Shown one piece after another: positions 50,499-59,814 of a DNA stretch of 64,000 nt (position 1 is its first letter; each line of letters begins with the position of its first letter). Under the pieces are notes generated by a model that was not told the DNA's origin, searched no databases, and was given only the letters and a program-made list of their open reading frames with translations. The stretch comes from Candidatus Freyarchaeum deiterrae (GTDB taxonomy: Archaea > Asgardarchaeota > Jordiarchaeia > Jordiarchaeales > Jordiarchaeaceae), in the NCBI GenBank assembly GCA_037305845.1, contig CP147778.1, positions 2,560,001-2,624,000 on the forward strand, given 5' to 3'. Made by a program: the position numbers and the translations under genes.

Positions 50499-51308
50499 TT
50501 AATCCCTCCATTTTAATAAGGTGAATGCGGCTGGAATGGGTGGCTTAGGGAGTCCTCCAAGAAAAGTTATTTTTTCTTCTTTGTATAATTCGATTAATTT
50601 TTGAAAAATAAGTGGTATATTTAACTCTTCCTTTGTACCTGTATAAAATTCATGATAATTATTAATTAATTTTTGACATATAACTTTTGTTAACTCAAGC
50701 TCGGTTTCTTTTAACAGCCTTTTAACCAGTTTTTGAAATTTATCTTTATCAAATTTTAATTTATATTCATCAGAAATTTTGTAATAATCACTATCTTCTA
50801 ATTCAATTACACCAAGATTTTTAAAACAATTAAAAGTATTATCGAAACTTATTCTATCATATATTCTAACTCCAAAATCTTTAGAAGAATTCTCAACTAG
50901 AAACTCGAATAATTCCTCTTTTGTGAATTTATAGTAACTTTCTCTCAAGATAATATTGTAAGCATAATTATACCAAAAAATTCCTGAATATAATGCATCA
51001 TGAAGAAATCTGCATTTCCTACTTACTTCATCAATTTCTAAGTAATGTTCACCATTATCGGTAAGGGTATATTGCTGTTGAGCTTTTTTAGCGTCAGGAT
51101 TTTCTAAATTAATAAAACCAATTTTTTTTAAAAACTCTAAATGACCATCTCTTGTCTTTGCGTCAAATCCATTTTTGGGAATATTCTCTTTAAACTCTTT
51201 TTTTCCAGATTTATTATCAAGATGTTGAAGAATTTTTTCGATATAATCCTTCCAATCTTTTACTAACATTATAGACCATGTAGTATGCAAATTATGCCGC
51301 ATCCCCAA
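50499..51308 (-). CDS. winged-helix repeat protein (DUF4007/BrxA/Mrr-N-like), first gene of the operon
   Basis: HLEFLKKIGFI...YTLTDNG...RFLHDAL...Y...FTKEEL...FKNLGVI; abuts the ATPase start. Confidence 0.65.
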   Translation of the reverse strand: MGMRHNLHTTWSIMLVKDWKDYIEKILQHLDNKSGKKEFKENIPKNGFDAKTRDGHLEFLKKIGFINLENPDAKKAQQQYTLTDNGEHYLEIDEVSRKCRFLHDALYSGIFWYNYAYNIILRESYYKFTKEELFEFLVENSSKDFGVRIYDRISFDNTFNCFKNLGVIELEDSDYYKISDEYKLKFDKDKFQKLVKRLLKETELELTKVICQKLINNYHEFYTGTKEELNIPLIFQKLIELYKEEKITFLGGLPKPPIPAAFTLLKWRD

Positions 51309-52200
51309 TTAATTCTTAAATATAATTTTTCTATATCTTTTGATATTGCTTTTAGTTATTAATTAATACATCTTTCCATTTTTGTTGGTCAAATATAAAT
51401 ATATTTTCTAGATTTATATAAAAATTGTGTAAATTTCTTAACGAAAGTTAAATATGGGAGTATATGATATGATACGCTATTTTTTAGGTAATTTGATAAA
51501 ATAATATATAATTTAAGTAATTAGCATGGGTGATTTTACAACTGTCCGTAGCCTTTCCACCTAATTTTCTTATTTTAAAAATAGACATATTTTTTTTAAA
51601 AAAATACGAGCATTAAAATGTTGATATTTGTAGTTTTTAGTTGTAGCAATTTGTGTATCTTGGCTGGTTTTTAGGATTGCTCTCAATTTTTGCTCCCTTG
51701 TTTGAATAACATTTAGGTTTGTTCTAATTTTCCTTTTAGCAATTTTTATAGTGATTGCGTTTGCTATTCGGATAAACATCTCTTAAGCATTTAAAGTAAT
51801 AGTAGTGATTTTAATAATGGGTACCATACATTTAATTGTACGTTTTGCTGTTCTATGGTTGAGTAATTACACGGGTTGTAGGTAGGATTTTGGGCATTCT
51901 TCGATTGGGGTGAGTTTTTCTATTCTTAGGGCTTTGTCGAGTGGCGAGTTTGTTTGGTCTAGTCATTCTTCTTCTAGGAGGGTTCTCTTGGTTTTTTCAT
52001 AGTTGTTTCTGTTAGTTGAGTCCGGAGTAGTTTAGGAGGCTGTGTGTGGCTTCTATTTTGGTGATTTGTTGTAGACAATTAAATCTATAAAATCTTCGTC
52101 TTTTTCCTCTTTCTCTTTTTCGGCTTATGAAGTTTTGTAGATAAACGTATTATATTTTTTATCATTTGATAATATGTCTAAAAAGTGAATTAGGTGAGGG

Positions 52201-53067
52201 TTGATGGAATTCTTAAGTCAATCCTGGTGCGATTTAGAATGGATGTCTTGGATTCGATTTAAGAGGGCAAATATCCTTTTTCAGGATATTCCTAAAGTTC
52301 CTGGGTTTTATCGTGTTAAACCTGTTGATAGAGAAATACTTGTGTATGTCGGTCAGACAGGTCGCGATTTAAGAGAACGAGTCTCTGCTTTGTGTCATAA
52401 CACACTGGCTACTAAAATGCCCTTTAACGATCCTCATACAGCAGCCTCAGGTCTCTGGGCATGGAGAGATTCGGAAGGAATGGAATTTGAGTGTTCTGTA
52501 GCACCAACTAACTTTTTGAAAAAAGAGAGACTAGCATTTGAGTGTTATCTTTTATGGCGGTACCGTTTGGAAAAAGGAGAATCAACGTTATGCAATCATG
52601 GTCGGTTCCATCCTCATTATCGCAAATCTCGTCCAAAATCAAAGGGTGATCGGGGTGGTCGATTGCCAGAGGGTAAGTTAAATCCGAATGGTGGTCCAAG
52701 TTTACCACCATTAATTTCAAAGGGAAAATCAATAGACTCCAATTGGATGGGTCTTAAATGGAGTGAGGCAAAAAATTTCGTAATCGAAGAAATTAGGAAT
52801 ACTCCTAATTCTCAATGCTTATACAAGATTATGAATCAGGACGCAAAGGAATTACTTTACATCGGGCAATCACAAAATTTAAGAAATCGCTTATCGTACC
52901 ACCTCCGAGAAAATTGGATAAACCCCACTATTAAATATTCTTTCTCCGAGTTATCTCATTCAAGCTTTAAATATCAACTCAGAGAGCTGGAGAACGACTT
53001 GATTGGAAGTTATTACGATCAAACCAAATCTGCTCCAAAATTTCAATTTTTAAAATATAATCAATAA
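52201..53067 (+). CDS. tandem GIY-YIG nuclease-domain protein
   Basis: PGFYRV...YVGQTGRDLRER and CLYKI...LYIGQSQNLRNRL...ELE. Confidence 0.8.
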   Translation: MMEFLSQSWCDLEWMSWIRFKRANILFQDIPKVPGFYRVKPVDREILVYVGQTGRDLRERVSALCHNTLATKMPFNDPHTAASGLWAWRDSEGMEFECSVAPTNFLKKERLAFECYLLWRYRLEKGESTLCNHGRFHPHYRKSRPKSKGDRGGRLPEGKLNPNGGPSLPPLISKGKSIDSNWMGLKWSEAKNFVIEEIRNTPNSQCLYKIMNQDAKELLYIGQSQNLRNRLSYHLRENWINPTIKYSFSELSHSSFKYQLRELENDLIGSYYDQTKSAPKFQFLKYNQ

Positions 53068-53113
53068 CATAAGTAGGAAGAAATAGAATTGATTTCAAAA
53101 TGAATCTAGATTT

Positions 53114-53281
53114 TTATAGTGAGTGTAAGTATTCTTCTATTCTTTTTACTCCTTCTTGTATGTCTTGCATGGATGTTGCGTAGCTTATTCTGAGGTGTCC
53201 TTCTCCGTTGGTTCCGAATACGCTTCCCGGTGTTAGTGATACTCCCTTGTTTTGGAGTAGTTTTTCTGCGAGTTGTGATTG
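53114..53281 (-). pseudogene. 3' fragment (copy 3) of the aminotransferase at 59815..61008
   Basis: SQLAEKLL..KGV..TPGSVFG.NGEGHLRISYATSMQDI.EGVKR.EEYLHSL. Confidence 0.88.
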
Positions 53282-53302
53282 GACTAATGGAGAGAGAAAC
53301 AT

Positions 53303-53626
53303 TCATTTAATATCCTTTTCTAAGATTTCAAAGATGCGTCGAACATTCCTTTTTGTTCTTCCATATGCTGCGATGTTAGTCCATAGTTTCGGCTTTGATT
53401 TCACATAAACTTGCGATCCTCCATCTTCCTCGCGGTTTACTGTCACTTCAATGAGGTGGCCCCACGACCAATGAGTCATAGGTGTAGAAAATTTTAATCG
53501 TTTATTAGTTTCGTTCACAATTTTTACCTTGAATCCAGCGTCTTTAACTATTTTCTTAAGTTTTTCGAAAATTATCTCTGGATGGGTCTTATAATTCCTT
53601 GCTTCTTTAATAGAAACAATCTTCAC
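53303..53626 (-). CDS. hypothetical protein (DUF1499-like alpha/beta)
   Basis: 107-aa ORF; its 5' part is duplicated and degenerate at ~56005..56148. Confidence 0.6.
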   Translation of the reverse strand: MKIVSIKEARNYKTHPEIIFEKLKKIVKDAGFKVKIVNETNKRLKFSTPMTHWSWGHLIEVTVNREEDGGSQVYVKSKPKLWTNIAAYGRTKRNVRRIFEILEKDIK

Positions 53627-54176
53627 ACTCTCAAATCAAAGGGATTTTCTACAAATCGGACATATTCCTAACTTTTATTACAAATAGTATCATATAAAAT
53701 GGAATTAAACCATGTTGTATTCGTTCGGAAGAGAAACTGTTCTCTGTTCTCTTAAATTACGTTTCCCATTTGAATTTGAGCATCTTTGTCACTCGTTAAA
53801 TTTTATATCTAATTTCCTCAATATTTTGCTCTAGTTTTGGACAAAATTAGTAACTCTTTCTTCTTAAAGGACTTTCCATCGCTGGGGGTTGAGTTTAAAC
53901 AGCGCACCCTAATCGTATCCCGTTCAGCATCCCCCTTATAAACACTACCACCTCAAGGACGCAGCCACCCCATCCCCCATGATGATCACACTTACAACCC
54001 ACTCGATAGAACTCCGAAGAACCCAAGCTTAAAAGAAGAAGCCCTCTACTCGGAAAAAGGACAAACACGCCTCTCTTTACTTTTAAACGAATACTTTATC
54101 CCGATTAGGTTTAAAAAAAGTGGACAGCATAAAAAAGTTTGACGACAACAAAGACGGAGAAATGTGGTGCTAAACA

Positions 54177-55409
54177 GTGCTGGAAACGATCACGGTGACC
54201 AGAACGGAGCAAATCCACCTCAAGCCCAGCAACATCCTGAGCAGACTGTGCCATTATTCCAAAAACCTCTACAACCAAGCAAACTACATCACCAGACAAA
54301 CCCTCCTCAAAACCGGAAAATGGATGAGATACGAGGAACTCGCGGGAGCGCTTAAAAACTCTGAGAGCTACAAAACCCTACCAGCACAAACCGCCCAGCA
54401 AACCCTGAAAACACTAGACAGGAGCTGGAAAGCGTACTTCAGAGCAACGGAGGAGTGGACTAAAAACCCGGACAAGTTCCTTGGGAGACCGAAGATGCCC
54501 GGGTACAAGGAAAAAAACGGAGAACACATCCTAATCTTCACAAACCAACAGTGCCGAATAACTGGCGGAGAAATAAAATTTCCCAAAAAGGCGAACCTGA
54601 ATATTAGGGTTAAGACGCGGCTGGACGACGAAACACCTCTCAGGGAGATCCGAATAGTGCCCAGGGGCTGGGGCTACGTCTTGGAGGTGGTCTACCACAA
54701 GACCGTCGTGGAGCCGCAGAAAATACTGGACCGGGACAGAGTGGTGGGTGTGGATTTGGGATTGAGGAACACCGTAACCATGGTAAACAACATCGGAGAG
54801 AAGCCGATTGCTGTTAAGGGCGGTGCCCTGAAGTCCATAAACCAGTACTACAACAAGGAGAGAGCGCGGCTGCAGAGCATCTACGACCGACAGAAGATTA
54901 AGACTAGTGGCTCTCTGCTTCTTAAGCTTACCGAGAGGAGGAACCGGAAGATACACGACTTCTTCCATAAACTGAGCCGCGTAATCGTGGAGTGGTGCGT
55001 AGGACACGATGTGGGCACCATTGTGGTCGGCTATAATGGCGGTGGCTGGAAGCAGAGTCCGCGTCTCGGGCGGAGGAACAATCAGAACTTCGTTCAGATA
55101 CCCTTCCAGAAGCTTCTGCGGCAGATCCGTTACAAGGCTGAAGAGGCGGGAATAACCGTATTGGCACGAGAGGAGAACCACACCTCAAAGTGCAGCTTCC
55201 TGGACCTTGAACCAGTGGAGCACCATAAGGAGTACGCCGGTAGGCGAATAAGTCGGGGCATGTTCCGATCGAATAAGGGAGTGGTAATCAATGCGGATGT
55301 GAACGCCGCCTACAATATTATAAGGAAGGCATTCCCGGAAGCTTTCACAGCGGACGGGATAGAGGGTGTGGGGCTTCACCCGGCTAGAATGGATTTAAAC
55401 ACATTCTAG
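54177..55409 (+). mobile_element. tnpB: IS200/IS605-family TnpB (solo, IS1341-like)
   Basis: SKNLYN, LPAQTAQQ, PKMPGY, GVDLG, HKLSR, YKAEEAGI, EENHTSK, INADVNAAYNI; GC-richer than flanks. Confidence 0.92.
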
Positions 55410-55434
55410 CAAAGGGGCTTTGAAGGAAGAGCAA

Positions 55435-55776
55435 CTAATTTTGTTCCAAAGCTTTTTGCTCTGTAATCTCTATATGATCTCTTTTTTCCCTCTCGCTTAT
55501 TTGGGTTTCAAATCGGATTTCGAGGACATAATCACAGAAAACTTGGTGAGGGTCGTCCTCAGATTCAATGATCATCCACCCAAATCCTCCTTCTCCATAA
55601 TGAACCACCTTGTTCTCACTGAAAAATACTCGTTTGCCACTCCTAATGTAAGCTTCCGCTACTTTGCGAAGGAAATGGATATATTTTTCCGCAATCTTCC
55701 TCTCTTGTTCCTCAACAAATTCCTCAGTCTCCTTCCATAGAGTCTTTAAATCTTCCATGTATCTATTTCCTTCCAT
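55435..55776 (-). CDS. hypothetical protein
   Basis: 113-aa ORF coupled to the upstream ORF. Confidence 0.6.
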   Translation of the reverse strand: MEGNRYMEDLKTLWKETEEFVEEQERKIAEKYIHFLRKVAEAYIRSGKRVFFSENKVVHYGEGGFGWMIIESEDDPHQVFCDYVLEIRFETQISEREKRDHIEITEQKALEQN

Positions 55777-55966
55777 TAAGCTCTTTTTCTTTTATAAAAT
55801 CCTCAAGTTCTGTGTTAAACCTGTTTCTAAAAGCTTCTTGTGCAAGTTCCTTAAATTCGGGGAAGTTTTCACAGAATAACTCTAGCAAACTTGACACGCA
55901 ATACTCGCATCCACCATCGGCTGCAAGCAATATTCTTACAACTTTCTCTGCTTCCTTTCTGTTCAT
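55763..55966 (-). CDS. small hypothetical protein with CxxC
   Basis: ADGGCEYC; overlaps the next gene. Confidence 0.6.
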   Translation of the reverse strand: MNRKEAEKVVRILLAADGGCEYCVSSLLELFCENFPEFKELAQEAFRNRFNTELEDFIKEKELNGRK

Positions 55967-56004
55967 AACAGAACCTCTACTCTAAATCCCTTACAAACTA
56001 CTTC

Positions 56005-56148
56005 TTTACCTTGAATCCAGCGTCTTTAATAACTAGTTTCTTAAGTAAGTTTTTCGAAAATTGTCTCTGGATGGGTCTCTTATAATTCCTTGCTTCTTTA
56101 ATAGACATATCTTCGCACTCTCAATTCAAGAGATTTTCTACAAATCGA
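56005..56148. repeat. degenerate duplicate of ~53524..53658
   Basis: tttaccttgaatccagcgtctttaa...ttttcgaaaatt.tctctggatgggtct...gattttctacaaatcg. Confidence 0.8.
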
Positions 56149-56208
56149 ACAACTAAATCTTATTCAAAAGCGAAAAATAAATAGGTATTTCTGCATAAAC
56201 AATTAATT

Positions 56209-56376
56209 ATGAAGAGAATCGTTCAAGTCAGAATCTATAAGGGGGAGAAATACTACGTTGCCGAATGCCTTGATTTACCTGTTGTTACCCAAGGAAAAAC
56301 ATTAGATGAAGTCGTGGAGAATGTTAGGGAAGCAATCGAACTTCATTTGGAGGGCGAGGACAAGAATGAAAACTAA
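56209..56376 (+). CDS. HicB-like antitoxin (short)
   Basis: Manual translation YYVAECLDLPVVTQGKTLDEVVENVREAIELHLE. Confidence 0.85.
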   Translation: MKRIVQVRIYKGEKYYVAECLDLPVVTQGKTLDEVVENVREAIELHLEGEDKNEN

Positions 56377-56692
56377 GACTATACGATTGCCTGAAGAAAT
56401 CCTGAGGGGTGTGGCTTACAGGGCGGAGAAGGAGGACATAGAGGAATCAACTGCGATCCGAAAACTTCTAAGAGAGGGAATAATGGAATACGCTACAAAA
56501 CTGTACAGTTTAGGAGAGATCACTCTCGGAGAGTCTGCGCAACTTGCGGGAGTTAGCCTGAGAAAAATGCTGGAAACACTCCTGAACAAGGGTGTACGCG
56601 GAAACGTGACTCTGAGTCAGCAGAAAAAGGCCATCGCACACGCAAAAATAACTCAAATAAATACCCGCTCAGCACGATGCCAACTGAATTAA
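56366..56692 (+). CDS. UPF0175-family antitoxin, copy 1
   Basis: TIRLPEE...STAIRKLL...LYSLGEITLGESAQLAGVS. Confidence 0.8.
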   Translation: MKTKTIRLPEEILRGVAYRAEKEDIEESTAIRKLLREGIMEYATKLYSLGEITLGESAQLAGVSLRKMLETLLNKGVRGNVTLSQQKKAIAHAKITQINTRSARCQLN

Positions 56693-56766
56693 GGGAATAT
56701 TATGGTTCTTTGGAAGGGGCGATAGTCTTAAATATTGGGAATTTTTTTGGTAAATTGGTGGGAAAA

Positions 56767-56988
56767 ATGAAGGTAAAAATAGTTGAGAGGAAGATATACC
56801 TCCCAAAGAAACTCATAGAAGAGGCAAAATTACCCGAGAATGGCTCATGCGAAGCCAATGTGGTCGGCGATGAAATAAGGATAAGACGCCCGGCATCAGA
56901 AGAACTCAATGTGGTTAAGATTTTGAAGTCCCCTAAAACGCAGAGCATCGAAGAAATGATGAAGGCAGAGGAAGTGGAGGATGTCTAG
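56767..56988 (+). CDS. AbrB-like antitoxin
   Basis: KIYLPKKL...; overlaps the PIN gene. Confidence 0.7.
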   Translation: MKVKIVERKIYLPKKLIEEAKLPENGSCEANVVGDEIRIRRPASEELNVVKILKSPKTQSIEEMMKAEEVEDV

Positions 56989-57463
56989 CTTCATTCTAAT
57001 AGATACAAACATTTGGCATTTCGCTCTAGTAAAACCTGCTGAGAAAGAGTTTCTGGAAATTCATAATATGGCAAATGCATTTCTATCCTCTATACTCTCT
57101 GATCCAAGCATACGAATTGCTGTTAGCTGCTATCAGGTCGGCGAAATACTTGAAGTGCTAAGAAGAGCAAAGCTGAGCGCTGATACAAGGCTTAAACTGT
57201 TAGAGGATTTTGAGAAAGGAAAATATTTTGTAAAACCCTTAGACTTTCCAGTAGTCATAAGCGCAGTAAAAGACAGTGCCAAGTCAAATATTCACGTCTA
57301 CGACTATCTGGTCGCCTATCCCTTGAGGGAAATTGTTAACAGAATCTATTCCGCTGACGCTCACTTTGAGCATCCACATTTTCAGGATATAGCAGAGGTA
57401 AAAAATCCCCTGAGCCCATGGATACTCACAGAAGGAAAAAAGCCCGAAAAACCATCCCATTAA
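56981..57463 (+). CDS. VapC/PIN toxin
   Basis: ILIDTNIW, QVGEI, HVYDYLV, IYSADAHF. Confidence 0.88.
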   Translation: MSSFILIDTNIWHFALVKPAEKEFLEIHNMANAFLSSILSDPSIRIAVSCYQVGEILEVLRRAKLSADTRLKLLEDFEKGKYFVKPLDFPVVISAVKDSAKSNIHVYDYLVAYPLREIVNRIYSADAHFEHPHFQDIAEVKNPLSPWILTEGKKPEKPSH

Positions 57464-57475
57464 GAAAGGAAGCAT

Positions 57476-57556
57476 TTAGTATTTATTGTATTTATGTAAC
57501 TCGTTGGTGATCGCTAATGTGAGGAATCCTGTGTCGAAAATATACTTGCTCGCCAT
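57476..57556 (-). pseudogene. truncated PIN toxin N-terminus
   Basis: MASKYIFDTGFL... stops after 26 aa. Confidence 0.5.
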
Positions 57557-57885
57557 GGGTTAATCCTCTTTAGTGAAGCACGCCCTTCTTGAAGACAACT
57601 TTTCCTTGTTCGTTTGCGGTGTATGTTATAGTGTACAGTCTTTCAGGCATACCGAAATGTGTGGCATTTGCCTATTTGAACCTCTATAAAATGAAATTGC
57701 TGTAAACGGCTTTAAGGTATGTACCAGAAGAAGATTTAAGGTCTCATTTTTATGGATGAGGGGGAGCGTTTATGATTGAGATTTTCATTTAACTGACATA
57801 CTCCCACCTTGAAAGGTTTGGGGTTCTACACTTCTACACTGCTGCTGTTGTTATTTTTTGGAGCAGCAAATATACCACATTTGCA

Positions 57886-58128
57886 TCAGTCACCAGTCGC
57901 ATGCTTTCTAAACCTCTCTCCAATCGACTTGCTTACTTTTTCGCCTAGTTCTAGAGCATCTTCCTCAGTCATCTCGCTTTTGGATATTGTTCTCTCAATC
58001 TCGGTCAAGTTTTGAATTTCCCTTTTGATCATTCTCCTTATTGCTGGCGACCAGTCGACTCCAAATTTTTCCATCTCCCTCTTCAGATCCTCAGGAATTT
58101 TAATTTTCAACTCAGTCATAGGTATCAC
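57886..58128 (-). CDS. VapB/RHH antitoxin followed by a truncated PIN start (MRLVTDANVV, 57834..57902)
   Basis: LKIKIPEDLKREM...VDWS..IRR.I. Confidence 0.8.
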   Translation of the reverse strand: MIPMTELKIKIPEDLKREMEKFGVDWSPAIRRMIKREIQNLTEIERTISKSEMTEEDALELGEKVSKSIGERFRKHATGD

Positions 58129-58223
58129 GACACCTCCACAGATTATATCTCTTACAGTAGTTTTAATCTTCTACTGTTTTGTTGAAAATTAGCTTTACCC
58201 GCAAGCGTTGCTCTGGATTATTT

Positions 58224-58607
58224 TTATAGTGAGTGTAGGTATTCTTCTAGTCTTTTTACGCCTTCCAGTATGTCTTGCATGGATGTGGCATAGCTTATTC
58301 TGAGGTGTCCTTCTCCGTTGCTTCCAAAAACGCTTCCGGGAGTAAAGCATACTCCTTTGCTTTCCAGTAGTTTTTCTGCTAGTTGCAAACTATTTTTGGA
58401 GTATTCTGAGATGTTTGGAAAAGCGTAGAATGCTCCCTTGGGCATCTTGCATGTGACTCCGTCTATCTGGTTTAGAGCTTTAACAATGGCTTTTCTTCTT
58501 TTGTCGTATTCTTTTCGCATTTGTTCGACGGGTTCTTGTGGTCCGGTGAGTGCTTGTACTGCTGCTTTTTGTGCGAAGCTTGTGGCGCATGTGGTTGTGT
58601 TTTGCTG
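58224..58607 (-). pseudogene. 3' fragment (copy 2, ~127 codons) of the aminotransferase at 59815..61008
   Basis: QQNTTTCATSFAQKAA...PKGAFYAFPN...RISYATS...EEYLHSL, with no N-terminal part. Confidence 0.9.
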
Positions 58608-58647
58608 CGGGATAGTTTTTTAAATTCTGTAGGTGCTTGGTGTTAGT

Positions 58648-58917
58648 ATGGACTTGAAGGTTTCTCGTGAGGAGATAAAGGAGTACCAGCGGTTAAAGAT
58701 AATCTCTCAGCTTGCGCCTATAAGGGAGAGGATACTGTTTTTTGAGAAGAAGTACGGCTGCTCGTTTGAAGATTTTGAGAAGAGGATCAAAGAGAGCCCG
58801 GAAGACTTTGAGGCGTGGGACGACTATATCGAGTGGAAGGCCTACGATGAGAGTTTGAGAGATTTAAAAGTGAAGCTCGAGAAGATCAAGGATGCTAAGA
58901 AAATTACAGTTACTTGA
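58648..58917 (+). CDS. putative antitoxin (partner of the DUF6516-like gene)
   Basis: FEKKYGCSFEDF...WDDYIEW. Confidence 0.75.
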   Translation: MDLKVSREEIKEYQRLKIISQLAPIRERILFFEKKYGCSFEDFEKRIKESPEDFEAWDDYIEWKAYDESLRDLKVKLEKIKDAKKITVT

Positions 58918-59236
58918 ATCCAGCAGGGTCGTTGAGAAATTTGAGATACTGGACTTCAAGCAAGGCGAAAGCTTCTACTTCTTAAGGATTAAAGCAATTT
59001 TAAAGAACGGTAATGAACTTCGCATAAAAGAGTACGTATCTGAGAATGAATATTCCTACTCTTATCACTGGCAAGACAATGAGGGGCGGCTTATAACTAG
59101 ATGGGACAACTCTCCCCATCACAAACACTTGAATACATTTCCTCATCACAGGCATACACCCGATATAGAAGAGTCCAGAGAAACGAACATAGAAGAGGTG
59201 CTAAAAGTCATAGAGGAAAAATTAAAGGAAGGCTGA
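58892..59236 (+). CDS. DUF6516-like toxin
   Basis: YSYHWQ...RWDNSPHH....TFPHHRH. Confidence 0.8.
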   Translation: MLRKLQLLESSRVVEKFEILDFKQGESFYFLRIKAILKNGNELRIKEYVSENEYSYSYHWQDNEGRLITRWDNSPHHKHLNTFPHHRHTPDIEESRETNIEEVLKVIEEKLKEG

Positions 59237-59377
59237 ATCACTCGAATCAACAATTCTCTACATTCATCGGAAGGGGGCACTGAACTTAGAGAAGGCCAGA
59301 GAAATCATGAAGAATCTGAAAAATCTTGTCTCAGAGGATGAATACCATCTAGCCATGGAAGAGTTAGGAGGAGGAGA

Positions 59378-59671
59378 ATGAAAACTAAGACCATAAGATT
59401 GCCTGAAGAAATCCTGAGGGGCGTAGCCTTCAGAGCGGAGAAGGAGGACATAGAGGAATCAACTACGATCCGAAAACTTCTAAGAGAGGGAATAATGGAA
59501 TACGCTACAAAACTGTACAGTTTAGGAGAGATCACTCTCGGAGAATCTGCGCAACTTGCGGGAGTCAGCCTGAGAAAAATGCTGGAAACACTCCTTAACA
59601 AAGGTGTAAGCGGAAACGTGACCCTAAGCCAGCAGAAAAAGGCCATCGCACACGCAAAAAGGCTCAAATAA
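59378..59671 (+). CDS. UPF0175-family antitoxin, copy 2
   Basis: Near-identical to 56366..56692. Confidence 0.82.
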   Translation: MKTKTIRLPEEILRGVAFRAEKEDIEESTTIRKLLREGIMEYATKLYSLGEITLGESAQLAGVSLRKMLETLLNKGVSGNVTLSQQKKAIAHAKRLK

Positions 59672-59814
59672 GTACCCGCCTCTCAAATGTATCTCTGTTG
59701 GCAAACCAGAAATTAGGATACCAGAGTTTATTCGGGCTTCGATAAAATTAATGTGTCAGCGACTTCGTTAGCACTCTTAGCATTACTCACAAGTGCTGCT
59801 CTGGATTATTATTA

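Noticed and set aside
40014-51308. Calling the operon a canonical Dpd, type IV CBASS or QatABCD system
   Set aside because: No recognisable DpdB/DpdC-K, CD-NTase, or TatD/QatB partners; the gene set differs.
51570-52080. ORF 51570..51779 and adjacent G/T-rich tract
   Set aside because: Looks like decayed coding sequence with internal stops; no identifiable family.
53880-54110. Possible decayed NikR/CopG-like gene or IS left end upstream of tnpB
   Set aside because: Only a short frameshifted resemblance (LEVVV..KGDAER) and no clear terminal hairpin; too weak to call.
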